From a virus (lineage: Duplodnaviria > Heunggongvirae > Uroviricota > Caudoviricetes), in the IMG/VR virus record IMGVR_UViG_2537562190_000025: a stretch of 7,757 bases of DNA, one strand, 5' to 3'. Positions 1 to 6,392 of the stretch are shown in pieces. Position numbers and translations under genes: made by a program. Under the pieces are notes generated by a model. The model saw only the letters and a program-made list of their open reading frames with translations, was not told where the DNA came from and made no database searches. Position 1 is the stretch's first letter; every line of letters starts with the position of its first letter.

Positions 1-888
1 ATGCCGCTGCTGGATAAGCTGCGTGAGCAGTACGGGGTCGGACCGGTATGCAGTGAACTGCATATTGCCCCGTCAACGTATTACCACTGTCAGCAACAGC
101 GACATCATCCGGATAAACGCAGTGCCCGTGCGCAGCACGATGACTGGCTGAAGAAAGAGATACAGCGCGTATACGATGAAAATCACCAGGTATACGGTGT
201 GCGTAAAGTCTGGCGTCAGTTGTTACGGGAAGGTATCAGAGTGGCCAGATGTACAGTGGCGCGCCTCATGGCAGTTATGGGACTTGCCGGTGTTCTCCGG
301 GGTAAAAAGGTCCGCACTACCGTCAGCCGGAAAGCCGTTGCCGCATGCGACCGCGTAAACCGTCAGTTCGTGGCAGAACGTCCAGACCAGTTGTGGGTGG
401 CTGATTTTACCTGGGTAAGCACATGGCAGGGCTTCGTTTATGTGGCGTTCATCATTGATGTGTTCGCCGGATACATCGTGGGATGGCAGGTCTCATCATC
501 CATGGAAACAACATTCGTGCTGGATGCACTGGAGCAGGCGTTGTGGGCCCGTCGGCCGTCCGGCACAGTCCATCACAGTGATAAAGGTTCTCAGTATGTA
601 TCACTGGCCTATACGGAGCGACTAAAAGAAGCAAAACTGCTGGCATCAACAGGGAGTACAGGTGACTCGTATGACAACGCGATGGCGGAGAGCATCAATG
701 GTCTTTACAAAGCGGAGGTAATACACCGTAAGAGCTGGAAAAACCGTGCAGAAGTGGAACTGGCCACACTCACGTGGGTGGACTGGTATAACAATCGACG
801 ATTGCTGGGAAGGCTGGGTCATATCCCTCCGGCAGAAGCAGAAAAAGCTTATTATGCTTCCATCAGAAACGATGATCTGGCAGCCTGA
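1..888 (+). CDS. IS3-family transposase OrfB (DDE/integrase-core domain), IS629/IS1203-like; 5-prime end and the upstream orfA lie outside the window
   Basis: 295-aa ORF open to position 1. Motifs typical of IS3-family OrfB catalytic core (WVADFTWV, HHSDKGSQY, DSYDNAMAESINGLYKAE). From memory the protein is near-identical to IS629 OrfB. Stop at 886-888. Confidence 0.9.
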   Translation: MPLLDKLREQYGVGPVCSELHIAPSTYYHCQQQRHHPDKRSARAQHDDWLKKEIQRVYDENHQVYGVRKVWRQLLREGIRVARCTVARLMAVMGLAGVLRGKKVRTTVSRKAVAACDRVNRQFVAERPDQLWVADFTWVSTWQGFVYVAFIIDVFAGYIVGWQVSSSMETTFVLDALEQALWARRPSGTVHHSDKGSQYVSLAYTERLKEAKLLASTGSTGDSYDNAMAESINGLYKAEVIHRKSWKNRAEVELATLTWVDWYNNRRLLGRLGHIPPAEAEKAYYASIRNDDLAA

Positions 889-930
889 GTTCACAGATAA
901 AACACTCTCCAGGAAAACCGGGGCGGTTCA
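1..930 (+). mobile_element. Right-hand portion of an IS3-family insertion sequence (IS629-like); right terminal inverted repeat about 889-930
   Basis: Transposase ORF followed by 42 bp ending ...CCGGGGCGGTTCA at 930, consistent with the IS3-family 5-prime-TG...CA-3-prime termini. Its reverse complement TGAACCGCCCCGG... matches my recollection of the IS629 terminal repeat. The left end is outside the window, so the IR pair cannot be verified here. Confidence 0.7.
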
Positions 931-959
931 TTGCTTTGATTTTATTCTTATCTTTCCCA

Positions 960-1014
960 TGGTACCCGGAGCGGGACTTGAACCCGCACAGCGCGAACGC
1001 CGAGGGATTTTAAA
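960..1014 (-). other. Truncated 3-prime fragment (~55 nt) of a tRNA-Leu(UAA)-like gene: anticodon-loop 3-prime side, variable arm, T-arm, acceptor 3-prime strand and CCA. Probable att core / direct repeat of the integrated element.
   Basis: Minus-strand read: TTTAAAATCCCTCGGCGTTCGCGCTGTGCGGGTTCAAGTCCCGCTCCGGGTACCA. T-arm GCGGG-TTCAAGT-CCCGC, acceptor strand TCCGGGT, discriminator A, CCA. No D-arm or 5-prime acceptor strand (GCCCGGA expected) is present upstream, so it is not a complete tRNA. Matches recalled E. coli leuZ 3-prime half. Confidence 0.75.
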
Positions 1015-1120
1015 AACTATCAACCACCATTTATAAATCATAACATTATGATTTTATTAACTTTGAAAATGGCTCTATACAACGCCATTTGAATCTATTG
1101 TCACTTTTTATCGCCACTTT

Positions 1121-2122
1121 TTACCCTCTATTGTCAAAAGGGTTCAATTCAACAGCAGCCTCTAAATGACCTGGAGCAAAATGCGCATAACGCATAGTCA
1201 TTTTTATATCGCTATGCCCCAGTATTTTTTGCAACACAAGAATATTTCCGCCCCGCATCATAAAATGACTGGCAAACGTGTGACGTAGCACATGAGTTAA
1301 TTGCCCATCAGGAAGCTCGATCTTCGCTCTCTTAATTGCAGCGTCAAAAGCCTCATAACATGGTGAAAATAGCGCTCCTCGTTTTTTGGGAAGCATAGCC
1401 TGCAATTGAGGTGAAATCGGTACAGTGCGGTTCTTCTTTCCTTTAGTTTTAACAAATGTGATTCGACCGGGCAGTACTTGAGATTGCTTTAATCCTTCTG
1501 CTTCACTCCACCGAGCACCAGTCGCAAGCCCAATACGGACAACAACCCCCAAATCTTTATTCCGTGACTCATCACACGCAATCAGAAGGCGTTCAATCTC
1601 ATCTACATACAGAAACGCCAGTTCCTTTTCTTCCTCACGAAACTTGCGAATACCAGTCAGGGGGTTTTCACCAGACCACTCCCCAAGGCGCTTCAGTTCG
1701 GCAAAAACAGCATGTAGATATGACTGCTCGCGATTAACGGTTGCTTCACTAAGTTTTTTCTTCCCCTTGGGATTCCATTCTCCTGATAGCCTTCTTTCCC
1801 GATAAGTGGCAAACATATTTTTGTCAAACTGAGAAGCAAATGGATCTCCCAGCCTGGAACAAATCGCCTCAAGTTTGACTTTGCGCTCTGCACCAGAGGA
1901 CAAGGTTTTACCGTACATCTCAAACCAACGAGCAATCAACTCAGAAAGACGAGGACCAGAACCATCTTGAAACTCGTCTCCAACTCTACTATTCATTAAA
2001 CGGCGCTCATAAGAGAGCGCCTCACTTTTTGTCGCAAACTGTTTACGAATGCGTTTTCCCGATGCCCCGTAGGGATAACATTCGCAAAGCCATTTACCTG
2101 ATGGAATCTTACGAACCGACAT
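1121..2122 (-). CDS. int: Tyrosine recombinase / phage integrase, P2-family
   Basis: 333-aa ORF. Conserved tyrosine-recombinase boxes: GLATGARWSEA (Arg), THVLRHTFASHF (His-x-x-Arg), GHSDIKMTMRYAHFAP (catalytic Tyr). Strong resemblance to recalled P2 Int (ITFVKTKGKKNRTVPIS, LQKILGH, YAHFAP). Lies directly next to the tRNA fragment. Confidence 0.95.
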   Translation of the reverse strand: MSVRKIPSGKWLCECYPYGASGKRIRKQFATKSEALSYERRLMNSRVGDEFQDGSGPRLSELIARWFEMYGKTLSSGAERKVKLEAICSRLGDPFASQFDKNMFATYRERRLSGEWNPKGKKKLSEATVNREQSYLHAVFAELKRLGEWSGENPLTGIRKFREEEKELAFLYVDEIERLLIACDESRNKDLGVVVRIGLATGARWSEAEGLKQSQVLPGRITFVKTKGKKNRTVPISPQLQAMLPKKRGALFSPCYEAFDAAIKRAKIELPDGQLTHVLRHTFASHFMMRGGNILVLQKILGHSDIKMTMRYAHFAPGHLEAAVELNPFDNRG

Positions 2123-2127
2123 TTTAG

Positions 2128-2475
2128 TTACTTATCACATAAATCAAATGCAGCCTTAGTGACATCCCCCAGACTCTTTTTTAACCCTGGGGCGGCATCA
2201 TTATCTAGCCAAAATGGATTATTGTTATCTAACGGTAACGCACCAAATGTTTTACCTTTTATTCGAGCCAAACCTGTAAGTGCATATAACTTATTATCGT
2301 CAAAATTCATCACATAAGGATTACCATCAAGACACTGTAATTGAACCTCATCAGAATTAAATGGCCATACCCCATTGAAACTCTCACGTTCAATAGTTTT
2401 AAAAGGCATTGCGACGGCGGAAAAAGAAAACATAGATAAAAAAGTAACTAATAGTTGAACCTTTTTTACTTTCAT
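2128..2475 (-). CDS. Small secreted (signal-peptide) protein, two Cys, possibly DUF2511/YebY-like
   Basis: 115 aa. N-terminal signal peptide MKVKKVQLLVTFLSMFSFSAVA with AxA cleavage site. Strong SD (GAGGT) 6 nt upstream of ATG. Two cysteines (QLQCLDGN and DLCDK) suggest a periplasmic disulfide. Only 5 nt upstream of int, so co-transcribed. Family assignment is from memory and weak. Confidence 0.7.
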   Translation of the reverse strand: MKVKKVQLLVTFLSMFSFSAVAMPFKTIERESFNGVWPFNSDEVQLQCLDGNPYVMNFDDNKLYALTGLARIKGKTFGALPLDNNNPFWLDNDAAPGLKKSLGDVTKAAFDLCDK

Positions 2476-2504
2476 ATCATTACCTCAATTTAGCTCAAGT
2501 AAGA

Positions 2505-3155
2505 TTACAAATTAAAAAACGCCCTAGAAATGACACCGCCTACCAAAACCCCTACGCAGATAAAGAATATTATTTCTTTTGGATAAAGTCGGATTAATTC
2601 TGAAGCACGAAGTCGGACTTCTGGTAAGGTCGAACTCTCTGTGTGGCTTGATGCCGATTGTTGCTCTAACCACGACAATGCAGACTGTAACTGAGAACGA
2701 GTAAGATCGTTTAAACGTCCTGTACCGAAATTGATATGGCAATACCGCAGAAGTTTTTGTCGAAGTCCACAGTCTTCACTGTTACGTAGTAATAAACTTA
2801 CAAGAGCCTTACAGGCATCATGATCTTTACATCGCTCAAGCATTGCATGCAGAAAACTCTCCGCTGTTTTATATTGATTTACTGTCATATCATCAATACC
2901 AGCTACACCAATCTCCGCATGTACTTTTTGCCAAATAATAAACGCTTCAGTATTGCTAGCTTCTGCAATAGCAGCAACCAAGCTATTTAGCTCCTTACGC
3001 TGAGCCTTAAGCAAAGGGCGATCGTCATCATCATTATTCGAAGGGATTGCGATATTGACAGTATGAGAACCATCATATCGCTCTATCTGAATATTCTTTT
3101 CGTGAAAATCACGCCCAGCAACGCGATTGTTTGAACCGTTTGAGTTGACGGCCAT
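2505..3155 (-). CDS. Hypothetical tail-anchored membrane protein (soluble ~190-aa N-terminal domain plus single C-terminal TM helix)
   Basis: 216 aa. Strong SD GGAGGTGAC before ATG. C-terminal hydrophobic stretch IIFFICVGVLVGGVISRAFF. N-terminal segment GSNNRVAGRDFHE repeats a motif found at the C-terminus of the upstream repressor. No recognisable catalytic motif. Confidence 0.75.
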   Translation of the reverse strand: MAVNSNGSNNRVAGRDFHEKNIQIERYDGSHTVNIAIPSNNDDDDRPLLKAQRKELNSLVAAIAEASNTEAFIIWQKVHAEIGVAGIDDMTVNQYKTAESFLHAMLERCKDHDACKALVSLLLRNSEDCGLRQKLLRYCHINFGTGRLNDLTRSQLQSALSWLEQQSASSHTESSTLPEVRLRASELIRLYPKEIIFFICVGVLVGGVISRAFFNL

Positions 3156-3170
3156 GTCACCTCCCTACTA

Positions 3171-3575
3171 TCACCTACCCTTAGTTTCGTTATAGTCACG
3201 ACCAGCGATACGGTTATTACCACCAGAAATATTTAACTCACGTCCTGATGGCTGAGTTTCCTTTTCACTGATCGCACCTTTTAAAGCCCCAATCACCGCG
3301 TTTTTCACATCTAACGAAGCTGCTCGAAAGCGAGTAATCAACTCCTGCTCATCATCGTTATAAGTTTCAGGTGAGTGAATTCCCAACACAACATACTGAA
3401 CATCAAGGCCAAAACGAGACAGCGCTGCCAAATACGCAGCATCAGGAAAGCTATCTCCTTTCTCATATCTAAGCTGAGTTAGCTTTTTGACTCCACCAAT
3501 GTCGCTCATGGCAACTTGACTAAGTCCCAATCTTTCCCTTTCCTCACGCAACCGCTGACCAATATCATTTTTCAT
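3171..3575 (-). CDS. XRE-family (Cro/CI-type) helix-turn-helix transcriptional regulator; probable immunity repressor
   Basis: 134 aa. N-terminal HTH (IGQRLREERERLGLSQVAMSDIGGVKKLTQLRYEKGDSFP). Placed at the head of the leftward operon, divergent from the rightward early operon, as for P2 C / 186 CI. C-terminal tail carries the GGNNRIAGRDYNE motif. Confidence 0.85.
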   Translation of the reverse strand: MKNDIGQRLREERERLGLSQVAMSDIGGVKKLTQLRYEKGDSFPDAAYLAALSRFGLDVQYVVLGIHSPETYNDDEQELITRFRAASLDVKNAVIGALKGAISEKETQPSGRELNISGGNNRIAGRDYNETKGR

Positions 3576-3650
3576 ACAAAAACCTTGATAGGTATCTTTT
3601 TTGATACCAAAATGATTTCACGAGCTATTAGATGATCACAATATACCACT
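3576..3650. promoter_or_regulatory. Divergent promoter/operator region between repressor and rightward operon
   Basis: 75-bp AT-rich intergenic region. Palindrome GGTATC-TTTTTT-GATACC (3591-3608) overlapped by two TTGATA hexamers (3585-3590 and 3601-3606) that resemble -35 elements. Confidence 0.5.
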
Positions 3651-3857
3651 ATGAAACAAGTTCTTCACGATACCAGATCACGCATTCCGCGTAACACCGC
3701 CACAGGTCCAAGACTGGCACTTCGGCTGTCCCTTGAGGAGCGAGCCGTCATTGATGAAATGGCAGCTAAAGAACAACGCTCATCCTCTAACATGGCGCGC
3801 ATGATCTTCCTTCGCGGCCTAGAGCTAACCCAGAAAGAACAAAACAAATCTTCCTGA
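3651..3857 (+). CDS. Small ribbon-helix-helix-like DNA-binding protein (CopG/Arc-like), first gene of the rightward operon
   Basis: 68 aa. Segment RLALRLSLEERAVIDEMAAKEQRSSSNMARMIFLRGLE fits the RHH beta-strand/helix pattern. No clear SD, so possibly leaderless or the start is misplaced. Overlapping minus-strand ORF 3665-3847 judged spurious. Confidence 0.5.
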   Translation: MKQVLHDTRSRIPRNTATGPRLALRLSLEERAVIDEMAAKEQRSSSNMARMIFLRGLELTQKEQNKSS

Positions 3858-3873
3858 TCAGGAGGCTAGTGGG

Positions 3874-4077
3874 ATGTCAGGTATAACCATCAATATCAAT
3901 GTGAATGCCCCCTATGTATCCCTGCAGAAATATGCAGAGATAACAGGTATCCCTCTTAATACGTGCAAAAAGATGTTGGCTGACGGTCGAATTATTATCC
4001 GCCCCAAACGCGCCAAAATGGAAAAGCCTGAAGTAAACCTTGTGGCGATGTTAAAAGACGCTTTGGCTAACAGCTAA
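3874..4077 (+). CDS. Cox/excisionase-like small HTH DNA-binding protein
   Basis: 67 aa. Strong SD (AGGAGG) upstream. Segment PYVSLQKYAEITGIPLNTCKKMLADGRIIIR resembles recalled P2 Cox (IPYQEFAKLIGKSTGAVRRMIDKGKLPVI). Position is the same as cox/apl in P2/186-type elements. Confidence 0.6.
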   Translation: MSGITININVNAPYVSLQKYAEITGIPLNTCKKMLADGRIIIRPKRAKMEKPEVNLVAMLKDALANS

Positions 4078-4098
4078 AACAATGAACAGAGCACCATC

Positions 4099-4449
4099 AT
4101 GAAAAAAAACGCTAATAATCCATACTCCAAATTTCGTAATGGCGTAGAACGCCATGTACACCACGTCGCTACCAGTGCATCACGTAGTAACAGTCGCTAT
4201 AACCTGAACGAGACGCACGCAACACCGGATGGCCACGCTGTAAAACAAATCGGCGAGCATGCCTGGCTGATTGAGAAAGCTGGAATCGTGGTCCACAAAT
4301 GCCCACGCAATCCGTTTACCGGAAACCGCATTTTTGCATTGAACTGCGGCGACAATCACTTCGGGCAGGATTTCACATTATACGAAGCACTTCGCACGGT
4401 TGATCGTCTGCTTCGCGGGCAAAGTTTTATTAAACAGGCTGATTTATAA
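4099..4449 (+). CDS. Hypothetical protein
   Basis: 116-aa ORF in operon context with coding-like composition; weak SD. No motif recognised. Confidence 0.55.
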   Translation: MKKNANNPYSKFRNGVERHVHHVATSASRSNSRYNLNETHATPDGHAVKQIGEHAWLIEKAGIVVHKCPRNPFTGNRIFALNCGDNHFGQDFTLYEALRTVDRLLRGQSFIKQADL

Positions 4450-4459
4450 CAGGTGCTTT

Positions 4460-4738
4460 ATGACCAAAGAGCATGCACAAGGTGTATTTATCCGTTTTAT
4501 TGATTTTCGCGGTGAACTGTTATTACGCGCATCAGCTATTGATGGAGTCGTCCCATCAGAAAAAAATGCAGCTACTTACGTTTATCTGAACGGCACGCGC
4601 CTGACCGTAGAACTTCCGTACCAGACTGTACACGAAATCATTAGCGAAGCTGAAAAGGCACGTCAGGTTAATGGCGATAAACCCTATATCGAAATTATCT
4701 GCATGGATTCAGAAGCTGAAATTCAGAAAGCAGATTAA
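4460..4738 (+). CDS. Hypothetical protein (start refined to the internal ATG at 4460)
   Basis: The track ORF 4400-4738 overlaps the preceding gene. The ATG at 4460 has an AGGTG SD 5 nt upstream and follows the upstream stop (4447-4449) by 10 nt. 92 aa. Confidence 0.6.
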   Translation: MTKEHAQGVFIRFIDFRGELLLRASAIDGVVPSEKNAATYVYLNGTRLTVELPYQTVHEIISEAEKARQVNGDKPYIEIICMDSEAEIQKAD

Positions 4739-4749
4739 AGGGTGTTGCA

Positions 4750-4992
4750 ATGGACAAAGAATATAAAACACTCATCAACAAAGCACTTGAGCGTTTTTAT
4801 TTTCGCTTAAGCGCATCAGGCGTTCATGCTGAACGTGCAGCCCGTGACTCATTGACCAGGGCAATCCGGAGTCTGTATGACGTGGCTTTTTACGCTGATG
4901 ATCTGGATGCACTTAACGAACTTTCCGAGCTGATCTGTGCCGCAGAATGCGGAGAACATATTGAACCGTATAAGCTGGGGAATATCGCATGA
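4750..4992 (+). CDS. Hypothetical protein
   Basis: 80 aa. SD AAGGGTG upstream. Stop overlaps the next start (ATGA at 4989-4992). Confidence 0.6.
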   Translation: MDKEYKTLINKALERFYFRLSASGVHAERAARDSLTRAIRSLYDVAFYADDLDALNELSELICAAECGEHIEPYKLGNIA

Positions 4993-5102
4993 GTATATTT
5001 ATCTCATGGCTTGTTCTGATTATTTCGGTGGCCTGCGCCATTGGGATTATGCGAATTATTAATTCAGTGAAAAAGATCGAGCGTTTTTTCTCTGATGAAT
5101 AA
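4989..5102 (+). CDS. Small hydrophobic peptide (37 aa, predicted single TM helix); not in the supplied ORF track
   Basis: Hand translation gives MSIFISWLVLIISVACAIGIMRIINSVKKIERFFSDE, stop TAA at 5100-5102. Start overlaps the upstream stop (ATGA), with GGGGAA SD-like sequence upstream. Confidence 0.4.
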   Translation: MSIFISWLVLIISVACAIGIMRIINSVKKIERFFSDE

Positions 5103-5195
5103 CGATACAAATAAAACATCAAATTAAATAAGAAAACGTGAAAACCATCCGTATTAACGGAGGTATTCGCACACGCAAATAACGGAGATACAAAA

Positions 5196-5606
5196 ATGCA
5201 CGCAAAAGAAGAAGGTATCATCAGAGCACTGAAAGAAATTTCAAAGATGGAAAGCGAAGTAGCGAAAAAAGCCGTGGCCAATGCTCACATGGACGTCGCA
5301 ACCCACACAATGATAGTCGCAAAAGTCACGGCAGAGGCTGCCAAAATCATCGAAGAACAGGGTGTGGAACTTGCGCTTCTCAAAACTAAACCAGTCACCG
5401 GACTGGATTTATCTGACACCGGACGCCTTATTTACACTATTGGCTCGGAGCCACAGCGATACACCATTATCGCCGGATTACAGAACAAATACCTGATCAC
5501 TCCTCACCCCATAAGGGAATCAACGCTTCTGACAAATCTCCGCCTGATAGAGCGCTCTCAAGTTGCATTCATTGATGACGCCCGACACACCGTATTTAAC
5601 GCATAG
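5196..5606 (+). CDS. Hypothetical protein
   Basis: 136 aa. SD ACGGAG 9 nt upstream. Preceded by an AT-rich 93-bp spacer (possible internal promoter) containing a TAACGGAG(G/A)TA direct repeat. Confidence 0.6.
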   Translation: MHAKEEGIIRALKEISKMESEVAKKAVANAHMDVATHTMIVAKVTAEAAKIIEEQGVELALLKTKPVTGLDLSDTGRLIYTIGSEPQRYTIIAGLQNKYLITPHPIRESTLLTNLRLIERSQVAFIDDARHTVFNA

Positions 5607-5629
5607 GGTTACTGGACAAAGGGGGTGCA

Positions 5630-5833
5630 ATGGCAATTAAGCATTTTCCCGTCGTTCGCTTTACCTCCAGAGGGCGCGAATACGAGGTCGACGAACGCCT
5701 GATTACCACTATCGACAAACATCGTTCGGAAAAGGATGCACACCACATCTACCTCACTGACGGTACTTACTTCTGCGCCACCAACGTGGCGCGGGTGAAT
5801 CTTATCCGACAGGTACAGGAGCCACGCAGATGA
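5630..5833 (+). CDS. Hypothetical small protein
   Basis: 67 aa. SD AAGGGGGTG upstream. Stop overlaps the start of the next gene (ATGA). Confidence 0.55.
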   Translation: MAIKHFPVVRFTSRGREYEVDERLITTIDKHRSEKDAHHIYLTDGTYFCATNVARVNLIRQVQEPRR

Positions 5834-6096
5834 CCATTCTGGACTACATCGCTACTCATCCGGGTTGTAGCGGCGGAGAGATCGCCGCAGCACTGAATAC
5901 TCCAACCACAGCCATTAATGCTGAGTTACGCCAACTTTGGCGCGGCGGCTTAGTCATCAGAACAAACCGCAGCACAGGTGGTCGCGCTCGCAAAACTGGA
6001 GGCCAGGCTTCTTACCACGTAAACCCGATGCCGTTCGGGTGTAGCAATCCACTTACTCACATGTTTAACCAGCTACTAAAGGAAGCCAGAACATGA
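5830..6096 (+). CDS. Small winged-helix/HTH-type DNA-binding protein (putative transcriptional regulator)
   Basis: 88 aa. Segment ILDYIATHPGCSGGEIAAALNTPTTAINAELRQLWRGGLVIR has a winged-helix pattern. AGGAG SD upstream. Translationally coupled to flanking genes. Confidence 0.6.
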   Translation: MTILDYIATHPGCSGGEIAAALNTPTTAINAELRQLWRGGLVIRTNRSTGGRARKTGGQASYHVNPMPFGCSNPLTHMFNQLLKEART

Positions 6097-6392
6097 GCAC
6101 CATCAACCACCAGAAGCTACGCGAACTGGCATTTGCCCTGCAACGAATGGCAACGCCTCAAAAATTACTGGCATTTCGCGCAATGCTCTCGCCGTCTGCT
6201 GTGCTGGCACTGCTGGATGAGCTGGAGCACGCCAGAACCACGGCTCCTGCCATTCGCCTGACACTCCATCATGAAATCGCTGATTTCTGCGCGACGTTGG
6301 AGGCACCAGGCGAACCGGAAACGCCGGAAGCAATACAGCAAGAGCTGCTGCAACGCATTGACAAGGTTTTTGATTTTTTTCTGAACCAGTAA
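6093..6392 (+). CDS. Hypothetical phage protein (N-terminus reminiscent of Ead/Ea22-like prophage proteins; weak call)
   Basis: 99 aa. SD AAGGAAG upstream. Start overlaps the previous stop. N-terminus MSTINHQKLRELAFAL resembles the recalled start of Ead/Ea22-like proteins. Confidence 0.55.
   Translation: MSTINHQKLRELAFALQRMATPQKLLAFRAMLSPSAVLALLDELEHARTTAPAIRLTLHHEIADFCATLEAPGEPETPEAIQQELLQRIDKVFDFFLNQ

Noticed and set aside
176-894. Short ORFs inside the transposase gene (176-358, 440-625, 452-649 minus, 646-894 minus) and 746-1036 plus
   Set aside because: Nested in or antisense to the IS3-family transposase ORF; 746-1036 reads through the IS terminus and the tRNA fragment.
960-1036. A complete functional tRNA gene
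   Set aside because: Only the 3-prime half matches a tRNA. The expected D-arm and 5-prime acceptor strand are missing upstream, so it is called a fragment/att core.
1693-2742. ORFs nested in or overlapping int and the membrane-protein gene (1693-1935 minus, 2524-2742 minus)
   Set aside because: Alternative frames inside longer, motif-supported ORFs.
3665-3847. 60-aa minus-strand ORF antisense to the RHH-like gene
   Set aside because: The plus-strand frame gives a recognisable RHH motif; the minus frame is Ser/Arg-rich with no RBS.
4913-5281. 122-aa minus-strand ORF
   Set aside because: Antisense across two plus-strand genes and an AT-rich intergenic spacer. All neighbours are on the plus strand with coupled starts, and the translation looks like AT-rich noise.
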